IMG/VR virus record: IMGVR_UViG_3300042673_002211
Coordinates: 1-64,000 of that record
Source: a virus
Length of the DNA: 64,000 bases
Reading direction: 5' to 3' (one strand)
Shown here: positions 29,657 through 38,334 of the stretch, piece after piece
Numbering within the stretch: the stretch's first letter is position 1
Layout: each line of letters starts with the position of its first letter
The notes under the pieces: generated by a model
Seen by the model: the letters and a program-made list of their open reading frames with translations, nothing else
What the model was told of the DNA's origin: nothing
The model's database searches: none
Made by a program: the position numbers and the translations under genes

Positions 29657-30267
29657 TGAGTTTAAAAAGTTTACAAGAGAAGATCGGAGTAGGCGCAGAT
29701 GGTGCTTTCGGTCCTGGTACAATGAAAAAAGCTATGGAGTTTTATAAACTAACTCCAGTAAGAGCAGCACACTTCTTTGCTCAAACAGCTCACGAGACAG
29801 GTGGTTTTAAAGCATTTTCAGAGAACCTAAACTACTCCGCCCAAGGCCTGCAAGGTATCTTTGGAAAGTATTTCCCAGGTACTCTAGAAGAATCTTATGC
29901 TCGCCAACCTGAAAAAATCGCTAACCGTGTTTACGCATCTCGTATGGGTAACGGAGACGAGACTTCAGGTGATGGTTGGAAGTTTAGAGGTAGAGGAGCT
30001 CTACAATTAACAGGTAAAGCCAACTACGAGGCATTCGCAAAGTACTTAGGTAACGATGAAGTTTTAAAAAATCCAGATACAGTTGCTACAAAATACGCTT
30101 TTGAATCAGCAATGTTCTTCTTTGAAAGAAATAAGCTATGGGCAATTTGCGATAAAGGTATCAACGATGCTGCTATCTTAGAACTTACAAAACGTATCAA
30201 CGGTGGTACTCATGGTTTAGAAGACAGAAACGCCAAAACTAAAAAGTATTACGAATACGTTAAATAA
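29656..30267 (+). CDS. GH19 (chitinase-like) endolysin with short PG-binding N-terminus
   Basis: ADGAFGPGT, HFFAQTAHETGGF, ENLNYS, FRGRGALQLTGKANY, TKRINGGTHGLEDR. Confidence 0.92.
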   Translation: MSLKSLQEKIGVGADGAFGPGTMKKAMEFYKLTPVRAAHFFAQTAHETGGFKAFSENLNYSAQGLQGIFGKYFPGTLEESYARQPEKIANRVYASRMGNGDETSGDGWKFRGRGALQLTGKANYEAFAKYLGNDEVLKNPDTVATKYAFESAMFFFERNKLWAICDKGINDAAILELTKRINGGTHGLEDRNAKTKKYYEYVK

Positions 30268-30273
30268 ACTACT

Positions 30274-30711
30274 ATGAAACTAAGCCTCCCACTACTAGCT
30301 ATCACATCATTTACCGCAGGTATAACCTTTATGTGTTCATATTTTATGAATCTAACAATGGCAAATTCTGATCAGTATCTAGCTATAGTGGGAGTAATGT
30401 TTTTAGATGGAGTATTTGGTATGATTGCTGGTACTAGAAGAGAAGGATTCCAAACACGTAAAGCAATTAAAGTACTAAGAAACACCGTTGCGTGGTTAGT
30501 TATTTTAACAGTTATTTTAATGGTTGAACAAGGCTTTGCTGGTACAGCTTGGCTTAGTGAAGTAATTGTAGTACCTTTTATGGTGTTCCAGCTCATAAGT
30601 GCACTTAAAAATGCATCTATGGCGGGATTTATCCAGATGAGTCTATTAAACCAAATCTTGGATAAAATAGATAAACATAAAGGTATAAGAGATGAAGAAC
30701 CTAAAGAATAA
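30274..30711 (+). CDS. phage holin (holin_4-like)
   Basis: Multiple TM helices, FLDGVFGMIAG, QLISALKNAS; follows endolysin. Confidence 0.7.
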   Translation: MKLSLPLLAITSFTAGITFMCSYFMNLTMANSDQYLAIVGVMFLDGVFGMIAGTRREGFQTRKAIKVLRNTVAWLVILTVILMVEQGFAGTAWLSEVIVVPFMVFQLISALKNASMAGFIQMSLLNQILDKIDKHKGIRDEEPKE

Positions 30712-31750
30712 AATATTTCCGCTTTTAATAGCATTATCTGCCCTGTCAGTTTCTGCTTCTGCCGCTTTCTATTCAGTTAGTGGCCTTAGCAAACTCTTTG
30801 CTGGTGCATCACTTGAGGTCATTATTATGGCTTCTTCGCTTGAGGTAGCTAAACTTGTAATTGCTTCCCTGCTTTATCAATATTGGGATTCCTTAAATAA
30901 AGGTTTAAGAGCATACCTAGCAGTAGCAACTTGTGTGCTTATATTAATCACCTCAGCAGGTATCTATGGTTTTTTATCGGGAGCGTATCAGGAAACAGCT
31001 AATAAAGAAGGTATTGTAACTCAACAAATCACTGCTTTGGAAACTAAAAAAGCATTATACGAGGAAACAAGAGATAATTTTTTAGCAGATAGAAAATCAA
31101 ACAACGAGCTTAGAGGTACACTCTCTAAAGGTTCAACTACCCAATTTACAGACAAAAATGGTAATCTAGTAGTTAAAACAAATAATTCAGCTATCCGAAA
31201 CATCGAATCAACAGCTAAAGAAAACGAAAGACTAGCCACTAAACTAGATGTTGTAAATGATTCTATATTTTCTCTTGAAACACAAATTCTAGAGGTTAAA
31301 GTAAATAGTGAAGCAGCAAGTGAACTAGGACCACTTAAATACCTTTCAGAGTTAACTGGGGTAGAGATGAACCGGATTATTAACTGGCTTCTTTTAATAA
31401 TCATCTTTGTATTTGATCCTCTAGCAATCGCTCTAGTTATAGCAGCAAACTTTGCTTTTAACCAATTACGTTCTAAAGAAGGATATGACATGTATAAAGA
31501 TACTCCATTAGAAGAACAAGTAGAAGATAATGAAGGAACTGATATCTATACTGAAACAGAATTAGAAGAATTAAAAGATTGGGATGTAACCTTAAATGAT
31601 GGTTTAGAAGATGAAAAACAACCAAACAATCCAGAACCCGAACCAGCTAAACTAGAGGACGATAAACTATTAAATAATTCAGGTATCTCATCTTGGCGTA
31701 AGAAAAAATTGCGAGATTATTTAGACGGAAATACAAAAACATATTTTTAA
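30692..31750 (+). CDS. membrane protein with extracytoplasmic coiled coil
   Basis: Three N-terminal TMs, coiled coil, ELGPLKY...IIFVFDPLAIAL TM, acidic tail. Confidence 0.7.
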   Translation: MKNLKNKIFPLLIALSALSVSASAAFYSVSGLSKLFAGASLEVIIMASSLEVAKLVIASLLYQYWDSLNKGLRAYLAVATCVLILITSAGIYGFLSGAYQETANKEGIVTQQITALETKKALYEETRDNFLADRKSNNELRGTLSKGSTTQFTDKNGNLVVKTNNSAIRNIESTAKENERLATKLDVVNDSIFSLETQILEVKVNSEAASELGPLKYLSELTGVEMNRIINWLLLIIIFVFDPLAIALVIAANFAFNQLRSKEGYDMYKDTPLEEQVEDNEGTDIYTETELEELKDWDVTLNDGLEDEKQPNNPEPEPAKLEDDKLLNNSGISSWRKKKLRDYLDGNTKTYF

Positions 31751-31753
31751 AAT

Positions 31754-31784
31754 TTGGAAGCCCGTAAGGGCTTTCGTATATTTA
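31754..31784 (+). promoter_or_regulatory. TTG-N20-TATATTTA promoter with embedded GNRA hairpin
   Basis: TTGG at 31754, TA at 31777; GGAAGCCC-GTAA-GGGCTTTC in the spacer. Confidence 0.65.
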
Positions 31785-31804
31785 CCCAAATAAAAAATCA
31801 AGTT

Positions 31805-31972
31805 ATGGACCAGAAGGAACAAATGCAATTGCTAGACGAACTAATGTCAGTTATTCAAATCATGGATGAGCTTTACCGCTACCATCCCGAAAACCCCAAC
31901 CAAGTAGATGTGGCATCAGAATTCAAGAGGCTGGCAGAACGCAAAGTCGAAATCGAAGAAAAACTGGGTTAA
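31805..31972 (+). CDS. hypothetical protein (55 aa)
   Basis: ATG at 31805 downstream of the promoter; the ORF-track TTG start coincides with the -33 element. Confidence 0.65.
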   Translation: MDQKEQMQLLDELMSVIQIMDELYRYHPENPNQVDVASEFKRLAERKVEIEEKLG

Positions 31973-31984
31973 TAAGATGCAAGC

Positions 31985-32022
31985 AGAGGAGTTGGTTAAC
32001 CACTCCTCTCTTCGTACCTTAC
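31985..32022 (+). promoter_or_regulatory. TTG-N20-TACCTTAC promoter with embedded hairpin
   Basis: TTGG at 31992, TA at 32015; AGAGGAGTTGG-TTAA-CCACTCCTCT. Confidence 0.6.
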
Positions 32023-32058
32023 GTGAAATATTAAAAAATAAACCAGGAACAATCGAGG

Positions 32059-32592
32059 ATGCCTTTTAATTGCTTTTTAGATACATTTATTACTCAACCC
32101 GAAGAGGTTGTCGATAAGGAACTATCTAAACTCAAACCACTCAATTATAACAAGTTTATGTGGTGGCGTACCCACTCTCAACCTGGTGTACCATTGGGTA
32201 AACGCGCTCCATTAAAAGATCGCATTTTAAATGGTGATTTTGATTTTTCATGTTACTATTGGCAAGCACAATCTGCTGCGATACAAGCGCGTAAAAAACT
32301 CAATTTAGACAAGGATGACTACCAGTCACAATACGAAAAAGTTACTGTTGACGTTGCTCGTTATCGTCGTTTGCTAGCTGATTTTGATAAGGAAGAAAAT
32401 TCTCGTATCGAGGCTTTACTTGATGCGTTTACTGTCTCGTTTAAAATCAGTCGCGAAGAGTTACTTGATCGGTTATGTAACTGGTCTTATGATTTGCTAT
32501 CGTTTTATGAATCGCTTGATGAGTTTGGTACTCCAACCTCAACTGAAATTCGTAAACGAGGTCGTCCAAAGAAACTTGCCTACCCCAAATAA
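32059..32592 (+). CDS. hypothetical protein with C-terminal AT-hook-like motif
   Basis: ORF track; ends in RKRGRPKK. Confidence 0.7.
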   Translation: MPFNCFLDTFITQPEEVVDKELSKLKPLNYNKFMWWRTHSQPGVPLGKRAPLKDRILNGDFDFSCYYWQAQSAAIQARKKLNLDKDDYQSQYEKVTVDVARYRRLLADFDKEENSRIEALLDAFTVSFKISREELLDRLCNWSYDLLSFYESLDEFGTPTSTEIRKRGRPKKLAYPK

Positions 32593-32606
32593 AATATTTA
32601 TATTTA
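32576..32606 (+). promoter_or_regulatory. overlapping host-type (TTG-N20-TATATTTA) and ATATTTATA promoters
   Basis: TTG at 32576, TA at 32599; ATATTTATA at 32594-32602. Confidence 0.55.
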
Positions 32607-32610
32607 AGTT

Positions 32611-33399
32611 ATGATTAAAGTATCTCACGAAACCCCCCTATGTTTACTAGGGGATAGTCGTTTATTTAACGACTATGATTATTGTCTCCCACATTTGCTC
32701 GATCAAGAGCAAGGATATAAAGACTATTTTACAACCTCTAAAGCACAAGGGCGCTATATTATAATGGATAATTCGCTTCATGAATTAGGTGAAGCATACG
32801 ATAGTGATCGTCTATTATACTGGATTGATCAGTTACGTCCTAATGAGTTTATTGTTCCTGATGTCTGGGAAAACCGAGACAAATCAGTGGTTAATGCCCG
32901 CCAATGGTCTCAGTATAAATTACCTAAAGGGGTAGAAAAAGTAGCAGTAGTTCAAGCAACCACAATTCATGAAGCATCTACTTGTTACCAAACCTATAAA
33001 GATTTAGGTTATAAAAAGATTGCATTCTCGTATGGCGCTTCCTATTACAATGATGTAGTACCTCACCCTAATAAAAATTTAGGTAAAGCACTTGGTCGCC
33101 TATCCGTAATTTCAGCTCTACATAGAACTGGAACTATTGATTCAAACGATCGTGTACATCTATTGGGATGTCAAGTACCACAAGAATTTGGGTGGTATCG
33201 TGGCTTCAATTTTATTGAATCTATTGATACATCTAACCCAGTAATGGCTGCTTTAGAGGGAATGCGTTATTCAAATTCAGGTTTGATTGAAAAACCTAAA
33301 GCAAACATGAACGACTATTTCTTTATGTTATCTGATCAAGTTGATTATGAACTTTTATCTTATAATCTTCTAAAATTCCGTGAAATCAACGATCTATAA
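32611..33399 (+). CDS. TGT-fold protein, putative DpdA-like 7-deazaguanine transglycosylase
   Basis: IMDNSLHE, IVPDV, VAVVQ, HLLG, SIDTSNP motifs in TGT order; directly upstream of queC. Confidence 0.7.
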   Translation: MIKVSHETPLCLLGDSRLFNDYDYCLPHLLDQEQGYKDYFTTSKAQGRYIIMDNSLHELGEAYDSDRLLYWIDQLRPNEFIVPDVWENRDKSVVNARQWSQYKLPKGVEKVAVVQATTIHEASTCYQTYKDLGYKKIAFSYGASYYNDVVPHPNKNLGKALGRLSVISALHRTGTIDSNDRVHLLGCQVPQEFGWYRGFNFIESIDTSNPVMAALEGMRYSNSGLIEKPKANMNDYFFMLSDQVDYELLSYNLLKFREINDL

Positions 33400-33429
33400 A
33401 CCCGACACATTTAAATATTTATAACAAAC

Positions 33430-34260
33430 ATGGCAAAACACGTAGTAGTTTCATTATCCGGGGGAATGGATTCCTCAACATTATTGCTTAGAGCACTAAG
33501 CGAATTTGATACTGTAACAGCAGTATCGTTTGACTACGGTCAAAAACACCGAGTAGAACTTGATCGAGCACGGACCCTAGTTAACTACTTACTTATTCAT
33601 AATAAAATAATTAATTATCAAGTAATTAAACTTGATGGGTTAGCTGATCTACTTAACTCAGCTTTAGTAACAGGTGGGGGTGAAATACCTGAAGGACACT
33701 ATGCTGAAGAAAACATGAAAGCAACAGTTGTTCCTAACCGAAACAAAATCTTCAGTTCAATCACTCAAGCGATTGCTTTATCTATTGCTACTGAGAAAAA
33801 AGAAGAATGTTCTATTGCTTTAGGTATTCACGCCGGTGATCACGCTATTTATCCTGACTGTCGTCAAGAGTTTCGTGACGCTGATGATCATGCTTTCCGA
33901 GTAGGTAACTGGGATAGTGAATTAGTATCATACTGGACTCCATATCTTGAAGGCGATAAGTTCACTATCCTGAAAGACGGAGAGAGATTATGTGAAGAAC
34001 TAGACCTTAATTTTAATCAAATTTATAAACGTACTAATACTTCTTATAAACCACTCCAACATACTATTGAAACACACCCTGGATGGACTGAACTAGTATG
34101 GTTTAGTGATTATAAGTCAGCTTCTTCAGTAGAACGAGTTGAAGCATTTATTAAGCTAGGACGTCCTGATCCTGCATCTTATGCAGATGAGACCGGTCCT
34201 GTAACTTGGGAACATGTAGTAACAGAAGTAACTAAAGTACTAGAAAGTCATGAGCGATAG
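33430..34260 (+). CDS. queC: 7-cyano-7-deazaguanine synthase
   Basis: SLSGGMDSST, FDYGQKH, VVPNRN, HAGDHAIYPDCR. Confidence 0.93.
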   Translation: MAKHVVVSLSGGMDSSTLLLRALSEFDTVTAVSFDYGQKHRVELDRARTLVNYLLIHNKIINYQVIKLDGLADLLNSALVTGGGEIPEGHYAEENMKATVVPNRNKIFSSITQAIALSIATEKKEECSIALGIHAGDHAIYPDCRQEFRDADDHAFRVGNWDSELVSYWTPYLEGDKFTILKDGERLCEELDLNFNQIYKRTNTSYKPLQHTIETHPGWTELVWFSDYKSASSVERVEAFIKLGRPDPASYADETGPVTWEHVVTEVTKVLESHER

Positions 34261-34480
34261 AGATAATTTATATAGAGATATCTTTAATGGTGCAAACAAA
34301 AAACACTGGAAAGAAGAACAAAAAAACAAAAAAATGAAAAAAATCGAAACTTTATTTTTAAAGTATGGACACTGGAGCTTTTTATTTAGCTCACTTTTTG
34401 AAGCATCAAGTAATAGTTGGTTAACAGCTGCTGCTCTTATGTTTCTTTTTATTAATTATCAATATTCAAACAAACAATGA
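34250..34480 (+). CDS. small hypothetical membrane protein
   Basis: ORF overlapping neighbours; hydrophobic C-terminal half. Confidence 0.5.
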   Translation: MSDRDNLYRDIFNGANKKHWKEEQKNKKMKKIETLFLKYGHWSFLFSSLFEASSNSWLTAAALMFLFINYQYSNKQ

Positions 34481-34752
34481 AACAATTATGGTATTTCTCA
34501 GCGGACTGGTGTGGTCCCTGCAAACAATTCGGTCCTTTAATGGACGAACTCGCTAAACCCTGTTTAGCTAGACCTCAAGGTATATCTATTAAAAGACTTA
34601 ATATAGATTACACCCCAGATGCAGCTAAAATTTATAAAATTCAAAGTGTTCCTACAGTTATTCTAGTGGAAGACGAACAAGAAAAAGCACGCTTTACAGG
34701 AACACGTACAATGCAACAAGTAATCGACTTTTATAACCAAAAGAATGGGTAG
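34477..34752 (+). CDS. thioredoxin
   Basis: FSADWCGPCK, IQSVPT. Confidence 0.92.
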   Translation: MKQLWYFSADWCGPCKQFGPLMDELAKPCLARPQGISIKRLNIDYTPDAAKIYKIQSVPTVILVEDEQEKARFTGTRTMQQVIDFYNQKNG

Positions 34753-35209
34753 TTTTAGATCCACTAAAGTATTTGATGGCTATTCTACAGTCTTCCGTCA
34801 GTGGAAAGCTGAAGGAACTCATTGTCGTTTCCTACATGGTTACGGGGTAAGCCTTAGAGTATGGTTTGAAGGTGAACTTGACGAACGCAATTGGGTTTGG
34901 GATTTTGGAGGCATGAAACGTGCTAAAAATACCATTGATGGTAAAAATCCTAAAGAATGGATGGATTATATGCTAGATCATACCACCATTGTAACGGAGG
35001 ATGATCCCGAACTAGAAGGATTTAAAGCAATGGAACGATTTGGAGTTATCCAACTTCGAATTCTCCCAGCTGTTGGAGCAGAACGTTTTGCTGAATATTT
35101 TTATAATAAACTAAATGATTTTGTTCAAATTGAAACAGAAGGACGCGTAAAAGTAGTTCAAGTAGAATTCCGCGAAAACGAAAAAAACACAGCATTTTAT
35201 AAAGGATAA
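34745..35209 (+). CDS. queD: 6-carboxy-5,6,7,8-tetrahydropterin synthase
   Basis: CRFLHGY, WVWDFG, LDHT, AERFAE, ENEKNTA. Confidence 0.9.
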   Translation: MGSFRSTKVFDGYSTVFRQWKAEGTHCRFLHGYGVSLRVWFEGELDERNWVWDFGGMKRAKNTIDGKNPKEWMDYMLDHTTIVTEDDPELEGFKAMERFGVIQLRILPAVGAERFAEYFYNKLNDFVQIETEGRVKVVQVEFRENEKNTAFYKG

Positions 35210-35211
35210 TT

Positions 35212-35994
35212 ATGGCAATAAAAAGAATAGAAGACTATAATAAAATTCTACCTATCGTAGAACTATACACTTGTATCCAATCAGAAGGTAGCCGTGCAGG
35301 TCGTCCTACTGTTGCTGTCCGCACCACGGGTTGTACCCACCGCTGTTACTTCGGTGAAGGTGGTTGGTGCGATTCATGGTACACAAGCATTCACCCTGAA
35401 AAAGGCAAATACAGCTTCCAGGATATTATTAATATTTACGATGCTAATCCTGAAATTAAGGAGATGATGCTAACGGGAGGTTCTCCTACTATGCATCCCA
35501 CTATTGTAAATGAACTAACCCATTTTGCAAATGAAAGACAAATCATCATTACTATTGAAACTGAAGGCTCTGCTTTCGTCGAAACAGATTACCCTCTTGG
35601 CCTTATTAGCTTCAGCCCTAAATTTAGTAATAGCATACCTGTTTTGGGGGCTACTACACCCTTAGGAAGTATTGTAGATCAACGCTTTATTGACACTCAT
35701 AATCGCTTACGTCTAAATAAAGATTCTATCAAGCAATCAATGGCTTATCACTCAGATTATCACATGAAAGTAGTAGTTAACCCTGTTGAGCGTCCAGATG
35801 TTTGGACTGAAATTAGAGCATTTATGGATGAACTGGAGGTACCAAAAGACAAGATCTGGATCATGCCCCCGGGTGATAATCGTGAAGAACTAATCCGTGT
35901 TTACCCTATGGTGATTAACTGGTGTACTGATAATATGTACAACTTCACAGGCCGTGAACACATCATTGCTTTTGATACTAAACGTGAAGTCTAA
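35212..35994 (+). CDS. queE: 7-carboxy-7-deazaguanine synthase (radical SAM)
   Basis: IQSEG, GCTHRC...WCDS, LTGGSP, IETEG, SPK. Confidence 0.9.
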   Translation: MAIKRIEDYNKILPIVELYTCIQSEGSRAGRPTVAVRTTGCTHRCYFGEGGWCDSWYTSIHPEKGKYSFQDIINIYDANPEIKEMMLTGGSPTMHPTIVNELTHFANERQIIITIETEGSAFVETDYPLGLISFSPKFSNSIPVLGATTPLGSIVDQRFIDTHNRLRLNKDSIKQSMAYHSDYHMKVVVNPVERPDVWTEIRAFMDELEVPKDKIWIMPPGDNREELIRVYPMVINWCTDNMYNFTGREHIIAFDTKREV

Positions 35995-36173
35995 TGCCCT
36001 ACATAATTCTAAAACACACTACTATACAGGATACCCCCCGTACTATTTTAGTAAATGATAGCGAGGGTATTGCTATGGAATTTGATTCACTAGATTATGC
36101 TCTTAAGCTAACTGAATTATTTCAGGCTAATACTGCCTCAGGTAATATTTACGAAGTAAAAGAAATAAAATGA
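35994..36173 (+). CDS. hypothetical protein (59 aa, not in ORF track)
   Basis: MPYIILKH...YEVKEIK; TAATG-coupled to queE and ATGA-coupled to the next ORF. Confidence 0.65.
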   Translation: MPYIILKHTTIQDTPRTILVNDSEGIAMEFDSLDYALKLTELFQANTASGNIYEVKEIK

Positions 36174-36352
36174 TACCACACGGATACCTACAAAACCTAC
36201 ATCAACTTTGGGCTCTTAAAGTTCTTGAACCAGCTGGAGTTATAGCCGCTATTTATCCTTATGGATATAAGTTAAGTTATCTTAGTTTAGATGGGATAGG
36301 GATAGAAAAAGAAAATGAAAAATTTGAATTTCTTTATGGCAAAAGAATCTGA
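36170..36352 (+). CDS. hypothetical protein
   Basis: ORF track; overlaps neighbours on both sides. Confidence 0.55.
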   Translation: MIPHGYLQNLHQLWALKVLEPAGVIAAIYPYGYKLSYLSLDGIGIEKENEKFEFLYGKRI

Positions 36353-36470
36353 AAATATAGTTTGCCACAACTGTTTAGATACTGTGGCTTTTAAAACAGC
36401 ATTTAGAGTAGAGAGGAATAACTTTGGTATTCCTCACTTTGTTTGGATTTGTAAAAAATGTAAAAAATGA
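36336..36470 (+). CDS. 44-aa zinc-finger protein (not in ORF track)
   Basis: MAKESENIVCHNCLD...WICKKCKK, two CxxC pairs; ATGA-coupled to hpt. Confidence 0.65.
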   Translation: MAKESENIVCHNCLDTVAFKTAFRVERNNFGIPHFVWICKKCKK

Positions 36471-36991
36471 TAGAATTATATTCAGCACACGATATAGATA
36501 TTAAAACTAAAATTATCGCCCAACAAATCTCTCGAGAACACCAATCCGATTCCACCCCAGTAGTGATGGTAGGGGTATTAAACGGAGCATTTATGTTTTA
36601 CTCTGATCTAGTTAGCAACATGGACATTGATGTAGAATGTGACTTTATTCGAGTTAAATCATATTCAGGTAAAGAACGAGGTAGCATCCAACTAACTAAA
36701 GACGTTGAAACATCAATACATGGTAAACACGTTTATCTAATAGATGATATTTTCGATTCAGGAGCTACTATGAAATTTTTAGCTAAATATTTTAATTTAA
36801 AAGGAGCTAAAACAATTCATATCGTTACTTTAGTAAAACGAGCTAAAAATGAATTTAAACCTATTGAATCACATAGCTATGTAGCTTCATTTAGGCATGC
36901 TTTCGAATGCGAAGACGAATGGTTAATTGGTTATGGGATGGATTCAACCGGAGGTTATAAAAGAAATTTGAAGTCAATTTTTGCTCTGTAA
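36467..36991 (+). CDS. hpt: hypoxanthine/guanine phosphoribosyltransferase-like
   Basis: GVLNGAFMFYSDL, DFIRVKSY, LIDDIFDSGAT PRPP loop, WLIGYGMD. Confidence 0.9.
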   Translation: MIELYSAHDIDIKTKIIAQQISREHQSDSTPVVMVGVLNGAFMFYSDLVSNMDIDVECDFIRVKSYSGKERGSIQLTKDVETSIHGKHVYLIDDIFDSGATMKFLAKYFNLKGAKTIHIVTLVKRAKNEFKPIESHSYVASFRHAFECEDEWLIGYGMDSTGGYKRNLKSIFAL

Positions 36992-37025
36992 AGATTGTTT
37001 CGTACATTTACGTAAAATAAGTTAT

Positions 37026-37730
37026 ATGGAAAACATTGAAAATAAACGTCGTAAGAAGTACGACAATATAGAGTGTGTTCAACCCGGCTTTGCCAATGGT
37101 GTTGCAGGAGATTTCCCACTCTCGGATGAGCAAAAACAACAGATGGTAGAAGAGGCAACCGAGCATTTTGGTAAGTTTCTTGATGCTTTAAAATGCGATT
37201 GGAGAAACGACCCTAATTCAATGGAAACCCCCCGTCGCGTAGCTAAAGCATACGTTTACGATTTGTGGAAGGGCCGCTACGAAAAATTCACTGAGATTAC
37301 TTCATTCCCCTCAGATGGTTATGATGGGATTGTTATTGAACGTAACATACCTCTTACCTCTATGTGTTCGCACCATCACCAAACTATTAATGGTGTAGTT
37401 CATATAGGATACATTGCAGGTGAAAACGGACGAGTTATTGGATTAAGTAAACTAAACCGCATTGTAGAACATTTTGGACGTAGAGGAGCTATTCAAGAGC
37501 AACTTACAACAGCTATTCACCAAGCAGTAGATAAGGTTTGCGAAGATAATCGGGGTGTAATTGTAACTGTGGTTGCTACTCACTCTTGCGTATCTTGCCG
37601 AGGTGTAAAACACCAAGGAGCAGCAATGGTAACTACTAAAGCCTCTGGAGTGTTTATGGACAATAATAACCAAGCACGTAAAGAATTCTTCGACTCACTT
37701 AAAATCAACAACGGACATGTCTCAATTTAA
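37026..37730 (+). CDS. folE: GTP cyclohydrolase I
   Basis: ETPRRVAK, SMCSHH, IGLSKLNR, IQEQLT, HSCVSCRGV; promoter-like site at 36980-37010. Confidence 0.93.
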   Translation: MENIENKRRKKYDNIECVQPGFANGVAGDFPLSDEQKQQMVEEATEHFGKFLDALKCDWRNDPNSMETPRRVAKAYVYDLWKGRYEKFTEITSFPSDGYDGIVIERNIPLTSMCSHHHQTINGVVHIGYIAGENGRVIGLSKLNRIVEHFGRRGAIQEQLTTAIHQAVDKVCEDNRGVIVTVVATHSCVSCRGVKHQGAAMVTTKASGVFMDNNNQARKEFFDSLKINNGHVSI

Positions 37731-38334
37731 AGATTTAATCACTATTGAACTAATTAATAGTTTAGGTAAACTTCGCTCATTCAATGATCGAGATGAAGCC
37801 ACTCGTAATCCTGAAATGGATTGGGCTGAAATTACAGCAGAAAGAATCGCAAATTTATTTAATTCACAATATGTACCATTCGTCAGCGAGGTTGAAGAGT
37901 TCAATAGCTTAATGAATAAACCAAACAACTATGAACCAGTTATACCAGCCAAACATGAATGGGATTTTATCTACAACTTCATTCTGGAAGAACTTGAGGA
38001 GTATAAACATGCTTGCGAAACAGAAAACATCGTGGAAGTTTTGGATGCACTGTGTGACATTGCTTACGTATCCATTGGGAATGGTGCTATGCTTCATGGT
38101 CTTAAGGATAAAATTTGGCCAGCCTATATGGAAGTTCAGGCATCAAATCTTTCAAAAGCTTGCTCTACACAAGACGAGGCACAAAAGACTGTTGAAATCC
38201 GTTCACAAGAACAAGGCGAAGGCTGTCACTATGAACAGGTTGTTGACAAGTATATTGTATATCGTACTCGAGACAGAAAGGTAATGAAATCAGTAAATTA
38301 CTTCAAACCAGATTTGAAGCAATTTTTTAGCTAA
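37717..38334 (+). CDS. MazG-like / all-alpha NTP pyrophosphohydrolase
   Basis: ILEELEEY...EVLDALCDIAYV...EVQASNLSK...KVMKS. Confidence 0.85.
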   Translation: MSQFKDLITIELINSLGKLRSFNDRDEATRNPEMDWAEITAERIANLFNSQYVPFVSEVEEFNSLMNKPNNYEPVIPAKHEWDFIYNFILEELEEYKHACETENIVEVLDALCDIAYVSIGNGAMLHGLKDKIWPAYMEVQASNLSKACSTQDEAQKTVEIRSQEQGEGCHYEQVVDKYIVYRTRDRKVMKSVNYFKPDLKQFFS

